Part shown: positions 18,652 to 27,299 of the stretch, piece by piece
Position numbering within the stretch: position 1 is the first letter of the stretch
Layout of the letters: each line of letters starts with the position of its first letter
Made by a program: the position numbers and the translations under genes
The notes under the pieces: model-generated
Told to the model about the DNA's origin: nothing
The model's database searches: none
What the model saw: only the letters and a program-made list of their open reading frames with translations
Assembly: GCA_046075565.1 (NCBI GenBank)
Contig: JBJTQJ010000082.1
Span: forward strand, 32,001 to 96,000
DNA: 64,000 bases
Direction of reading: 5' to 3'
From: Verrucomicrobiales bacterium
Lineage (GTDB): Bacteria > Verrucomicrobiota > Verrucomicrobiia > Verrucomicrobiales > SLCJ01

Positions 18652-19743
18652 ATGCAAAGTCCTAAAGAAACGCCTTTGAAAGAAGCCCACGTGGCCGCAG
18701 GAGCCCGCCTCATTGATTTCGCCGGATGGCTCATGCCGGTCCAATACACGGGCATCCGCGAGGAACACCTCGCCGTGCGTTCGAAGTCCGGTATCTTCGA
18801 CATCTCGCACATGGGTCAGTTTTTTGTCGAAGGCCCGGGCGCGCGCGACTTTCTCAACCGTCTCCTAACAAACGATCTTACCACACTTGATCCCGGCCAG
18901 GGACAATACACTCTCATGCTGAATGAAAAGGGCGGGGTGATTGATGATCTCATCGCCTATCGTCTCGGCGAGGAAAATTGGTTCCTCGTGGTCAATGCCT
19001 CGATGATCGATGTGGATGCCGCGTGGATGAAATCGCATCTTTCCGGTGATGGTGTGGTTTTCCGCAACGAAAGTGATGCGTGGGCGGGATTGGCCGTGCA
19101 AGGCCCGGAAGCGGTCGCCGCTTTTGAGGCGGTGGTCGCCGGCCAGCTCGCCTTGCCTCCGCGCAATGGCATTGCCCGCGGGGATGTCGGCGGGGACAAT
19201 GTGGTCGTATGCCGCACCGGCTACACCGGCGAGGACGGGTTCGAATTTTTCTGCCCGGCCGCCCATGCTCGCCGTTGGTGGGATGCCTTCCTTGCCGCCG
19301 GTGTCGCGCCCTGCGGACTCGGTGCCCGCGACACGCTGCGTCTCGAGATGGGCTTCCCGCTCAATGGCAATGATCTTTCGCCCGACCGCACGCCGCTCGA
19401 AGCGGGATTGAAAATTTTCGTCAAGATGGACAAACCGTCATTCATCGGACGTGACGTGCTGTCCGGGCAATTGGAGAACGGCCTGCCGACACGTTTGGCG
19501 GCAATCAAGGTTGTCGAAAAGGCCCCGCCGCCGCGCCCGCATTACCCCGTGCTGCACGAGGGTGTGGTTGTGGGCGAACTCGCCAGCGGCGGACTCGCCC
19601 CGAGCCTCGATGGGGTCGGCATCGGCATGGCCTATTTGCCTCCCGAACTCGCCACCCCCGGCACCAAACTCGCCATCGACGTGCGCGGCCGCGCCATCGC
19701 CATCGAAGTGGTGAAGAAACCATTTTACAAACGCCCCGCCTGA
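18652..19743 (+). CDS. gcvT: Glycine cleavage system aminomethyltransferase T
   Basis: FAGW.MPVQY, GIFDISHMG, RTGYTGEDGFE, GLGARDTLRLE. Confidence 0.97.
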   Translation: MQSPKETPLKEAHVAAGARLIDFAGWLMPVQYTGIREEHLAVRSKSGIFDISHMGQFFVEGPGARDFLNRLLTNDLTTLDPGQGQYTLMLNEKGGVIDDLIAYRLGEENWFLVVNASMIDVDAAWMKSHLSGDGVVFRNESDAWAGLAVQGPEAVAAFEAVVAGQLALPPRNGIARGDVGGDNVVVCRTGYTGEDGFEFFCPAAHARRWWDAFLAAGVAPCGLGARDTLRLEMGFPLNGNDLSPDRTPLEAGLKIFVKMDKPSFIGRDVLSGQLENGLPTRLAAIKVVEKAPPPRPHYPVLHEGVVVGELASGGLAPSLDGVGIGMAYLPPELATPGTKLAIDVRGRAIAIEVVKKPFYKRPA

Positions 19744-19763
19744 TCGTGTAGTTTCCGACCATC

Positions 19764-20138
19764 ATGAGCATCCCGACCGATCTCCGCTACGCCAAATCGC
19801 ACGAATGGGTCCGCCTCGAAGGCGACACTGCCACTGTCGGCATCACCGATCACGCCCAGGCGGAATTGACCGATGTCGTTTTCGTCGAATTGCCCGACGT
19901 CGGGCGTGCCGTCGAAGCCGGTGATCCCTCGGCGGTCGTCGAGTCGGTCAAAGCCGCCAGCGATATTTATTCGCCCGTGGCTGGCGAGATCATCGAGGTG
20001 AATACAGCCCTCGAAAGCAATCCCGCCCTCCTCAATACCGACCCACACGGCGAAGGCTGGATCTACAAATTGCGCGTCAGCGGCGATGTGCCCGCCGACC
20101 TCATGGATGCCGCCGGCTACGAGGCGTTCATCGGCTAA
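19764..20138 (+). CDS. gcvH: Glycine cleavage system H protein
   Basis: [21 protein letters not shown] (lipoyl lysine), P..GWI. Confidence 0.97.
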   Translation: MSIPTDLRYAKSHEWVRLEGDTATVGITDHAQAELTDVVFVELPDVGRAVEAGDPSAVVESVKAASDIYSPVAGEIIEVNTALESNPALLNTDPHGEGWIYKLRVSGDVPADLMDAAGYEAFIG

Positions 20139-20210
20139 GCCGTGGTGCCTCAACGCTGGTCACTTGGCACAAAGATCGAGATCGCTGACCGTCTTTAGCT
20201 TCTTCGAATC

Positions 20211-20345
20211 ATCCCTGCGGGGCAAGAGCGAGACGCTCTTGCTACGATGGACATGGCCGATCAAGGGGATTTCGTCTGCGAGCATCCACTGGCACAGTAG
20301 CAAGACCGTCCCGGTCTTGCCCTGAATATTGGTCTTCATTCGTTG
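20211..20345. repeat. GTAG-family REPIN doublet (GCAAGAGCGAGACGCTCTTGCTAC ... GTAGCAAGACCGTCCCGGTCTTGCCC)
   Basis: The 24-mer is identical at 20222, 26012, 30681 (reverse) and 54140; spacers are homologous. Confidence 0.88.
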
Positions 20346-20374
20346 AATCTGGCGCGAGACATGCCAGACAGGGT

Positions 20375-20776
20375 TCAATCCTCCCCGGGCCGCCTGCGCC
20401 CGGCTTTGGTTTGCGAGCGGTGTTGCTTGGCCTCGCGGCGACGGCGTTTTTCGCCGGGCGAGGGTCTTCGGGTTTCCACCCGTTTGAGGGCGCGCAGGCG
20501 TTGACGTTCGAGGCGGGCGGCCTCGGCGATTTCCTCGAAGCGCTGGCAGAGGATTTCCCTCGCCCGGATGCGGTTCGCTTCCCGGAAACGCGATTCCTGG
20601 CATCGCGATTCCTGACCGCTCGGCCGGTGCAAAATGCGCACGCACACACTGGTCTTGTTGATCTTTTGCCCGCCCGGCCCGCTGCCCAGGGTGAATTGTT
20701 CCTCCAAGTCCTCCTCGCGCAGACCGACGGCAGCCATACGCTTCAACAAGGCGGAAGGTGGAAATGCTTCGGGCAT
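20375..20776 (-). CDS. RF-1 (GGQ) domain peptidyl-tRNA hydrolase / ribosome-rescue factor-like protein
   Basis: LEEQF..GSGPGGQKINKT motif and a basic C-terminal tail; no codon-recognition domains. Confidence 0.88.
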   Translation of the reverse strand: MPEAFPPSALLKRMAAVGLREEDLEEQFTLGSGPGGQKINKTSVCVRILHRPSGQESRCQESRFREANRIRAREILCQRFEEIAEAARLERQRLRALKRVETRRPSPGEKRRRREAKQHRSQTKAGRRRPGED

Positions 20777-20946
20777 GACAAAGGGAGGAGGAACCACTCC
20801 ATGCCATGGAATCAGACCGGGTGCAATGGCGGAGTTGGATCAGGGTTTTCACGATGACGATGCGCGCTTGAAGAAATCACCAAAATCGCAACCCTCCCGG
20901 AAGATTTTTCTCGCCATGAGGTGGCCAATCATCATAGAATCGCACC

Positions 20947-21117
20947 ATGGAAACCGTGCAAGTGCAATGTCCGAGTTGCTACGAGTTCTTCGAGGTGGTG
21001 GTTCCACCGCCGGAAGAACAACCGTGTGAGCTCGACTACGACTGCGAGGTCTGCTGTCATCCCATGGTCCTGCGGATTTCCGCCGACCTGGCCGAGGCAC
21101 ACGGGCTCGCGGAATGA
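20947..21117 (+). CDS. Small cysteine-rich CPXCG-family zinc-ribbon protein (56 aa, absent from ORF track)
   Basis: METVQVQCPSCYEFFEV...YDCEVCCHPM: CPxC and DCxVCC.P pattern. Confidence 0.8.
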   Translation: METVQVQCPSCYEFFEVVVPPPEEQPCELDYDCEVCCHPMVLRISADLAEAHGLAE

Positions 21118-21196
21118 CGTTCTCTATCGTTTCCCGCCCGACTCCCGGTCGAAATGACCGGACTTGCTGGACGGTTGATACGGTTTAGATTGGGGC

Positions 21197-21793
21197 ATGC
21201 CCAAGCTCAAGCTTCTGCTGGAAAACAACCGTCAATGGTCGGAGAAGGTCCGGAGGGAGGATCCGGAATTCTTCCCCACCCTCTCCGCCCAGCAGAGCCC
21301 GCGTTACCTCTGGATCGGTTGCGCCGACAGCCGCGTGCCCGCCAACGAGATCGTCGGGCTCAAGCCCGGCGAGTTGTTCGTGCACCGCAACGTCGCCAAT
21401 ATCGTCGTGCACACCGACTTGAACTGCCTCAGCGTCCTCCAATACGCCGTCGATGTCTTGAAGGTCGAGTGTGTGCTGGTGACCGGCCACTACGGCTGCG
21501 GGGGTGTCAAAGCCGCCCTCGAGAACGCGCAGCTTGGGCTGATCGACAACTGGCTGCGGCACATCCAGGATATCGCGCAAAAACACGCTGCCGAGCTTGA
21601 TGCTCTGGAAGGCGGTAAAAAAGTGGATCGTCTGTGCGAACTGAACGTGCTCGAACAAGTGGACAATCTCGCGCGCACAACCATCCTGCGCGATGCCTGG
21701 GCCCGCGGACAGGACATCACGGTGGCCGGTTGCATTTACAGTCTCAAGGATGGCTTGCTGCGCGATCTCGGCGTGCGGCGGAATGCGATTTGA
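21197..21793 (+). CDS. can: Beta-class carbonic anhydrase
   Basis: [38 protein letters not shown]. Confidence 0.95.
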   Translation: MPKLKLLLENNRQWSEKVRREDPEFFPTLSAQQSPRYLWIGCADSRVPANEIVGLKPGELFVHRNVANIVVHTDLNCLSVLQYAVDVLKVECVLVTGHYGCGGVKAALENAQLGLIDNWLRHIQDIAQKHAAELDALEGGKKVDRLCELNVLEQVDNLARTTILRDAWARGQDITVAGCIYSLKDGLLRDLGVRRNAI

Positions 21794-21838
21794 TCCGGAT
21801 TCCCGTGACAGATGGGGATTTCGTAGCATTTTATCCCC

Positions 21839-23041
21839 ATGCGTGCTCGTTTGCTTTCCCTGACCCTCCTGCTTTTTTGGGGTTGCCTGCCGCTGTGGGC
21901 CAATCCTCCGGCGAATTTCCCCCCGGTGCCTGAATCACAGGCAGCTCCGGCCGTGCACCCCGGTGTCAAAATGGCGGAGGCCGTCAGCGCGACCACCGGC
22001 CTGGCCATTTCCCCATTGTTCGGGATGGGCGCGGTCGGCGCGTGGCAATACGCACACTGTGCCAAAGAAGCCCGTGCCGCCTTGCCATGGCACGCGCATC
22101 CATGGTTCTGGGTCACCGCACTGGTCATCGTCGGAGTGCTGGCGCTCAAAGAACCCGTGCTCTACTTTTTGCCCGGGGCCAAGAAGCCTCTCGATCTGCT
22201 GGAGGTTTTGGAAAACAAAGCCAGCATGCTCGTGGCCGCGCCCATCGTCTTGCATCTGGCCGAAAAGAGCTTCCGTGAAGCAGCGGCCGCACCCACCGGA
22301 GTGGTCGCGGCCGGATTCGATGCGGGACCCGTCGCACTGACCGTGCTGGGTTCAATCGGGTTGCTCTGCATTTTCTTTTGCGTCTGGATGGCCGCCCATG
22401 CCGTGAACATGCTCATCCTGCTCAGTCCTTCGGCCACCCTCGACATGATGTTGCGCGGCTTCCGCACCAGCATCCTCGGCGGTGTCGCCGTTTCGGCCTG
22501 GGTCAATCCATGGCTCGGCCTCATCGTCGCCATTTTGGTCATCCTGCTGGCCATCCGGCTTTCCGGTTGGTCGTTCCGGCTCATGGTCTATGGCAGCACG
22601 GTGGCGTGGGATTTCACCAGCGGCCGCCGCGTGAAAGAACCCGATGCCAAAGGCCGGATGCGTGCCTTCCTCAACCGCGCCAGCAAAGACTTGCCGCGCC
22701 GCAGCCGCGGATGGCTCCATCTCGGCACCACCGGCGAAGTCACCTTCACCGGGCGCGCTTTGCCGTGGATGCCTGCGCGAATCATCACCATTCCCGCCAG
22801 CGAAGCGAGGATCGTGGAAACCCTCACGGGTCCCGATCTCGTCGTCGCGCAACCGATGCCGGCAACCTTGCTCGTCCTTCCGCCGCGTTACCGCGGAGCG
22901 GAAGAATCAATCGCCCGTGCCCTCGGAATCAGCGTGGGTGAAGCGGGGGCGTTCGCACGCGCCTGGCAATCCGCCACCGGATGGTTGCGCCTTACCCTCG
23001 GCTCCGCCCCGGCACCGCGAGGTCCGGAGCCGATCACGTGA
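21839..23041 (+). CDS. Hypothetical integral membrane protein with soluble C-terminal domain
   Basis: Long ORF with host-like codon usage, signal peptide and several TM segments. Confidence 0.7.
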   Translation: MRARLLSLTLLLFWGCLPLWANPPANFPPVPESQAAPAVHPGVKMAEAVSATTGLAISPLFGMGAVGAWQYAHCAKEARAALPWHAHPWFWVTALVIVGVLALKEPVLYFLPGAKKPLDLLEVLENKASMLVAAPIVLHLAEKSFREAAAAPTGVVAAGFDAGPVALTVLGSIGLLCIFFCVWMAAHAVNMLILLSPSATLDMMLRGFRTSILGGVAVSAWVNPWLGLIVAILVILLAIRLSGWSFRLMVYGSTVAWDFTSGRRVKEPDAKGRMRAFLNRASKDLPRRSRGWLHLGTTGEVTFTGRALPWMPARIITIPASEARIVETLTGPDLVVAQPMPATLLVLPPRYRGAEESIARALGISVGEAGAFARAWQSATGWLRLTLGSAPAPRGPEPIT

Positions 23042-23142
23042 TCCATGCGCCCATGCCATCTCTTTTGTAAACGGATTTCCAGCGATCCGCCACTCCATAG
23101 CTCAAGGCAAGCCCGACCAAGATTCAGCACCCATTGATAGCC

Positions 23143-24519
23143 ATGAACCAAAACCTGATTACCACCACGACAAGGCGCTCCTTTCTCAGGCAAAGTGCCG
23201 CCGCCCTCACTGTTCCCTTCGCGGCGCCGCTCATCCTGGCCGAGCCTGTCACCGGAGCGAATGCGAAACTCAACCTCGCATGGGTCGGTATCGGCAATCA
23301 GGGAGGGGGCGATCTCAGGAGTTGCGCCGATGGCAACAACATCGTCGCACTTTGCGACTGCGACCCGAGCACGTGGCCTAAAATGCAGGAGAAATTCCCG
23401 CAGTCGAAGTTCTACAAGGACTTCCGCATCATGCTCGCGGAAATGGGCGACAAGATCGACGCGGTGGGCGTCGGCACACCAGACCACACCCACTTTGCCG
23501 TTGCCTACATGGCCATGAGCATGGGCAAACACGTCTTCGTCCAGAAGCCACTGGTGCATTCGTTATGGCAAGCCCGCACGTTGCAAAAACTCGCCGCTGA
23601 GAAGAACCTCATCACCCAGATGGGTAACCAGGGCCACGCCTCCGAAGGCGCGCGGCTGATCAAAGAATGGTATCAGGCCGGCCTCGTTGGAGAGGTCCGC
23701 GAGGTCATTGCATGGACCAATCGTCCGAAAGGCGGATGGGGCTTCAATGGCACTTTAAAGACCGAATTTCCCGCCGAAGAACCTCTTCCCGAAGGCTTGG
23801 ACTGGGACATATGGCTCGGTCCGGTTGAGAAGAAGGTCCACTTCAGCAAGTTCCTTCATCCGACCACGTGGCGTCCTTGGTGGGATTTCGGCTGCGGCGG
23901 ACTCGGCGACATCGGTTGCCACACCATCGACACCGCCTACTGGGCGCTCGATCTCGGTGCTCCCGAAAGTGTGGATGTCGAGATGCATGGCGAGGTCAAC
24001 CCCATCCACACCGCGTTTGGCTCGATCGTCACCTTCAATTTCCCGGCGCGCGGCAACAAGCCTCCGGTGAAGGTCAAATGGTATGAAGGACCCAGCGCTC
24101 CCCAAGCGCCTGCTGGTTATGATGGCCCCATGGGTGGCGAAGGTGGCATGATCATGATCGGTGAAAACGGCGGCATCTGCCACGCGGGCATGCGCCCCGA
24201 CCGTCCGCAACTCTATCCCAACCAGAAGTGGGAAGAATACCGCGCCAACGCTGACAAACGTGTGCCCAAAACCATTCCTCGGGTCAAGGGCATTCACCGG
24301 GATTGGATTGAATCGGTGCGCAACGGCACGCCAGCTTGTTCGGATTTCAGCTACTCCGGCCCGATGACCGAAGCCATTCTGCTCGGCGCACTCGCCATCC
24401 GCACCGGCAAACCCCTCAAGTGGAATGCCGAAACCATGGAAATCACGGGAAATCCCGAGGCAGCAAATCTCATCAACCCCCAAGCCCGCAAAGGCTGGCG
24501 TCCAGAAGATCTGGTGTAG
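23143..24519 (+). CDS. Gfo/Idh/MocA family oxidoreductase, Tat-exported
   Basis: TRRSFL twin-arginine signal, GIGNQG, TPDHTH, HVFVQKP, GLGDIGCH. Confidence 0.92.
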   Translation: MNQNLITTTTRRSFLRQSAAALTVPFAAPLILAEPVTGANAKLNLAWVGIGNQGGGDLRSCADGNNIVALCDCDPSTWPKMQEKFPQSKFYKDFRIMLAEMGDKIDAVGVGTPDHTHFAVAYMAMSMGKHVFVQKPLVHSLWQARTLQKLAAEKNLITQMGNQGHASEGARLIKEWYQAGLVGEVREVIAWTNRPKGGWGFNGTLKTEFPAEEPLPEGLDWDIWLGPVEKKVHFSKFLHPTTWRPWWDFGCGGLGDIGCHTIDTAYWALDLGAPESVDVEMHGEVNPIHTAFGSIVTFNFPARGNKPPVKVKWYEGPSAPQAPAGYDGPMGGEGGMIMIGENGGICHAGMRPDRPQLYPNQKWEEYRANADKRVPKTIPRVKGIHRDWIESVRNGTPACSDFSYSGPMTEAILLGALAIRTGKPLKWNAETMEITGNPEAANLINPQARKGWRPEDLV

Positions 24520-24701
24520 GGCGATCTACACCGGTAAACGATGGGTGGCCATTCCAAACATGCGACTGCTCGTTTGGCCTGAGAATTTGCAGCGTTGATG
24601 GTGCTACGGGAAGGTTATATGACTTTAATGGCGAGCTTTTTACTTCGAGCTTGCAGCTCGAGCCGGAGTGACAGAAAAGCAAACGAAGAAAATTCTGCCG
24701 T

Positions 24702-24841
24702 GTCCGAAAGGTCCGAATCGTCCGAAGAGGTGGCGAGCCGCAATCCGCTGAGAGAACCGGAGGAGTTTTGGCAGAAAGATGTGGGGCAAAAAGATGGATA
24801 GAATGGCGGAAAAGTTGCCACCGGCAAGATGCCGCTGGTAC
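24702..24841. repeat. Cluster of repeat fragments: 9-mer array, 15-mer array and a GTAC-type hairpin
   Basis: GTCCGAAAG-GTCCGAATC-GTCCGAA; TGGCAGAAAGATGTGGGGCAAAAAGATGG (cf. 54968); CCACCGGCAAGATGCCGCTGGTAC. Confidence 0.6.
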
Positions 24842-25008
24842 ACTCCCGAAGGGGAGAACGGGCGCGGTGTTACGACAACTCCGGTTGTAGATCAAAGGGT
24901 GAAAGGGCGAAATCGAGCCGCTTGCCTTGGAAATCTTTTACTTCCGATCCGAAAGATCCATCTGTGCGGGCGGGCGGCACGTTTCCTGTCTGTCAACCCC
25001 CGCAGATC

Positions 25009-25944
25009 ATGAATCTTCCTACGACCGAACCGCATCCCTCCGCCGAGGCTCTGCTCGCGATTTGTCATTTTGCCGCCTTCGCCGATGGCGAGAAGTCGGA
25101 GAGCGAACGCGCGCGTCTCGATGCCCTTGCCCGCGAGCTGGGTGAATCGGATGTATCCTCGATCTCCAGGCGAATTCTGATGGGGCGCTTATCACTCGAG
25201 AGCGCCGTGGCCGGATTGGCGAGCCAGGATGATCGTTTGTTGGGCTACGAAATGGCGCGGGTGATTTGCGAGAGCGGCGGCGACCTCGGGAGCGCCGAAA
25301 AGGAATTTCTCTCCGAACTCCGCGTTCGTCTTAGCCTCGGCGAAGCGCAGACTCAAACCATCGACACGGAGGTGGACGCGGTGGCATTGGCTCCGGTGGA
25401 ATCAGCCTGGCCGCCTCCCGCCGTCGCCGATCAGAGCGGCATGATTCTCCGTTACTCCGTTCTCAATGGCGCGCTTGAACTCCTGCCGCAGACCATGGCC
25501 ACCATGGCCATTCTTCCTCTGCAGATGAAAATGGTCTGGCGCATTGGCAAGGCGTTTGGCCATGAACTGGATCGTTCGAGCATCAAGGAATTCATCGCCG
25601 CCGCCGGCATTGGCATCGGTTCACAGGTCATCGAAGGATTCGCCCGCAAGCTCATCGGCGGATTCGGGAAAAAACTCGGTGGCAAACTCGTGGGCCGCAT
25701 CGCCAACGAAGCGACGGGTTCCGCTTTCTCCTTCGCCTCTACCTATGCCATTGGTCATCTGGCAGTGAAATACTATTCCGGCGGACGCAAACTCGGCGGA
25801 TCCGAATTGAAAGCGCTCTACACGCCCTTGGCGAGCGAAGCCAAACAGCTCCATGCCCGCTACGCGCCGGAAATCCAGCAACGCGCCCGCACCCTCGATG
25901 CCACCAGCATCATGAACCTCGTCCGCGGCAAGGACGCGGTTTAA
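25009..25944 (+). CDS. TerB-like/DUF533 N-terminal domain fused to DUF697-like C-terminal domain
   Basis: AAFADG..SE.ER and E..FL.EL...L TerB-like motifs; PLQMKMV.RIG and SFASTYAIG typical of DUF697-like domains. Confidence 0.7.
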   Translation: MNLPTTEPHPSAEALLAICHFAAFADGEKSESERARLDALARELGESDVSSISRRILMGRLSLESAVAGLASQDDRLLGYEMARVICESGGDLGSAEKEFLSELRVRLSLGEAQTQTIDTEVDAVALAPVESAWPPPAVADQSGMILRYSVLNGALELLPQTMATMAILPLQMKMVWRIGKAFGHELDRSSIKEFIAAAGIGIGSQVIEGFARKLIGGFGKKLGGKLVGRIANEATGSAFSFASTYAIGHLAVKYYSGGRKLGGSELKALYTPLASEAKQLHARYAPEIQQRARTLDATSIMNLVRGKDAV

Positions 25945-26000
25945 GCACAACGCTCTTTACTCGGTAAACTATCAATGATTGTCTCCTGCTCCATCGCCTT

Positions 26001-26165
26001 ATCCCTGCGGGGCAAGAGCGAGACGCTCTTGCTACGGCGGGCATAGCAAATCAAGGGGATTTCGCCTGCGGGCATCCTCCGGAGCCGTAGCAAGACCGTT
26101 GGAGCCTTCGAAGCCTTGGCGAAGTAGGCCCGGTCTTGCCCAGAAAACTGGTCTCCATTCATTGA
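26001..26165. repeat. GTAG REPIN doublet with a 29-nt insertion in the second hairpin loop
   Basis: Homologous to 20211-20345 except for TGGAGCCTTCGAAGCCTTGGCGAAGTAGG at 26100-26128. Confidence 0.85.
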
Positions 26166-26274
26166 ATTTTGTCCGGCATAAAGAACCTTAGGTTAGATGG
26201 TCTTCAACCAGAAAGAGAAGCGGATGGTTTGACCCGCCCTCGCATTTCTCCGGCAGCCGTGCCATGTTCGGAGG

Positions 26275-27255
26275 ATGACGCCCATTCACCGCCGCTCGTT
26301 GATCGCCCTCGTGGGCGCGACAGCGCTGTGGGGATTGAGTTTTCCTCTCGTAAAATGCCTTTTGTTAGAACAACAGGCGCTCGCACCCGCTGCCGGAAGC
26401 TGGTTTCTCTCCGCATGGGGACTCGCCACACGTTTCCTCCTCGCCGCGCTCGTGCTGCTCCCATGGATTCTCAAATCAGGTGTCCGGCCGGATGAGTGGA
26501 AGCAAGGGGCGAAACTCGCATTCTGGTGCGGTATTGGCATGTGGTTCCAAGCGGATGGTCTCGCCCACACCGCCGCCTCGACATCTGCTTTCCTCACCCA
26601 GGGATACTGTCTTTTGTTGCCGCTGTGGGCGGCTTTCCGGCAGAAAAGGAATCCCGGACTGCGCGCATGGGTTGCCGTGGCCATGGTGATCATCGGCGGC
26701 GCATGGATCTCGGGCGTGAGCCCAGGAAACCTCCGGCTCGGCCGCGGCGAGATCGAAACCCTGCTGGCCGCGCTCTTTTTCACCTTCCAGATCCTCGGGC
26801 TGGAGGATCCGAAATACCATCACAACCGCGGACTCCAAGTGGCGTTTGTCATGTTCGCCGCCGTGGGCGCTCTCTTCGTGCCGATCTCCATGGCCACCGC
26901 TCCGGCCCTTTCCGATGTGCTCGCGGTGGGTGCGAATACCGATGTGCTCCTTCTCCTCGTCGCGATCACGCTATTCTCGACCGTAGGAGCCTACAGCCTC
27001 ATGATCGGATTCCAACGCGGCGTAACGGCCACCGAAGCCGGCCTCATTTATTGTGGGGAACCGATCTTCACCGCCCTCAATGTTTTATTCCTGCCCGCGA
27101 TGCTCGCCGCATGGACGGGCAATGTTTACCCGAATGAGACGTGGACCACCGCGATGATTGGCGGGGGATTGCTGATCACCATCGCCAATGTGCTCGTGCA
27201 GCTCCGGCCACCAAACGGGAAAGACGGGAGCGAGAAAACCCACCCGCCCGTTTGA
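26275..27255 (+). CDS. DMT/EamA family transporter
   Basis: About 10 TM segments, LWGLSF, RF..A, STSAFLT, EP.F motifs. Confidence 0.88.
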   Translation: MTPIHRRSLIALVGATALWGLSFPLVKCLLLEQQALAPAAGSWFLSAWGLATRFLLAALVLLPWILKSGVRPDEWKQGAKLAFWCGIGMWFQADGLAHTAASTSAFLTQGYCLLLPLWAAFRQKRNPGLRAWVAVAMVIIGGAWISGVSPGNLRLGRGEIETLLAALFFTFQILGLEDPKYHHNRGLQVAFVMFAAVGALFVPISMATAPALSDVLAVGANTDVLLLLVAITLFSTVGAYSLMIGFQRGVTATEAGLIYCGEPIFTALNVLFLPAMLAAWTGNVYPNETWTTAMIGGGLLITIANVLVQLRPPNGKDGSEKTHPPV

Positions 27256-27299
27256 TCCGGATGAGTGGCTAAATCGCCCAGCGCGGTCGAATGACCGCT

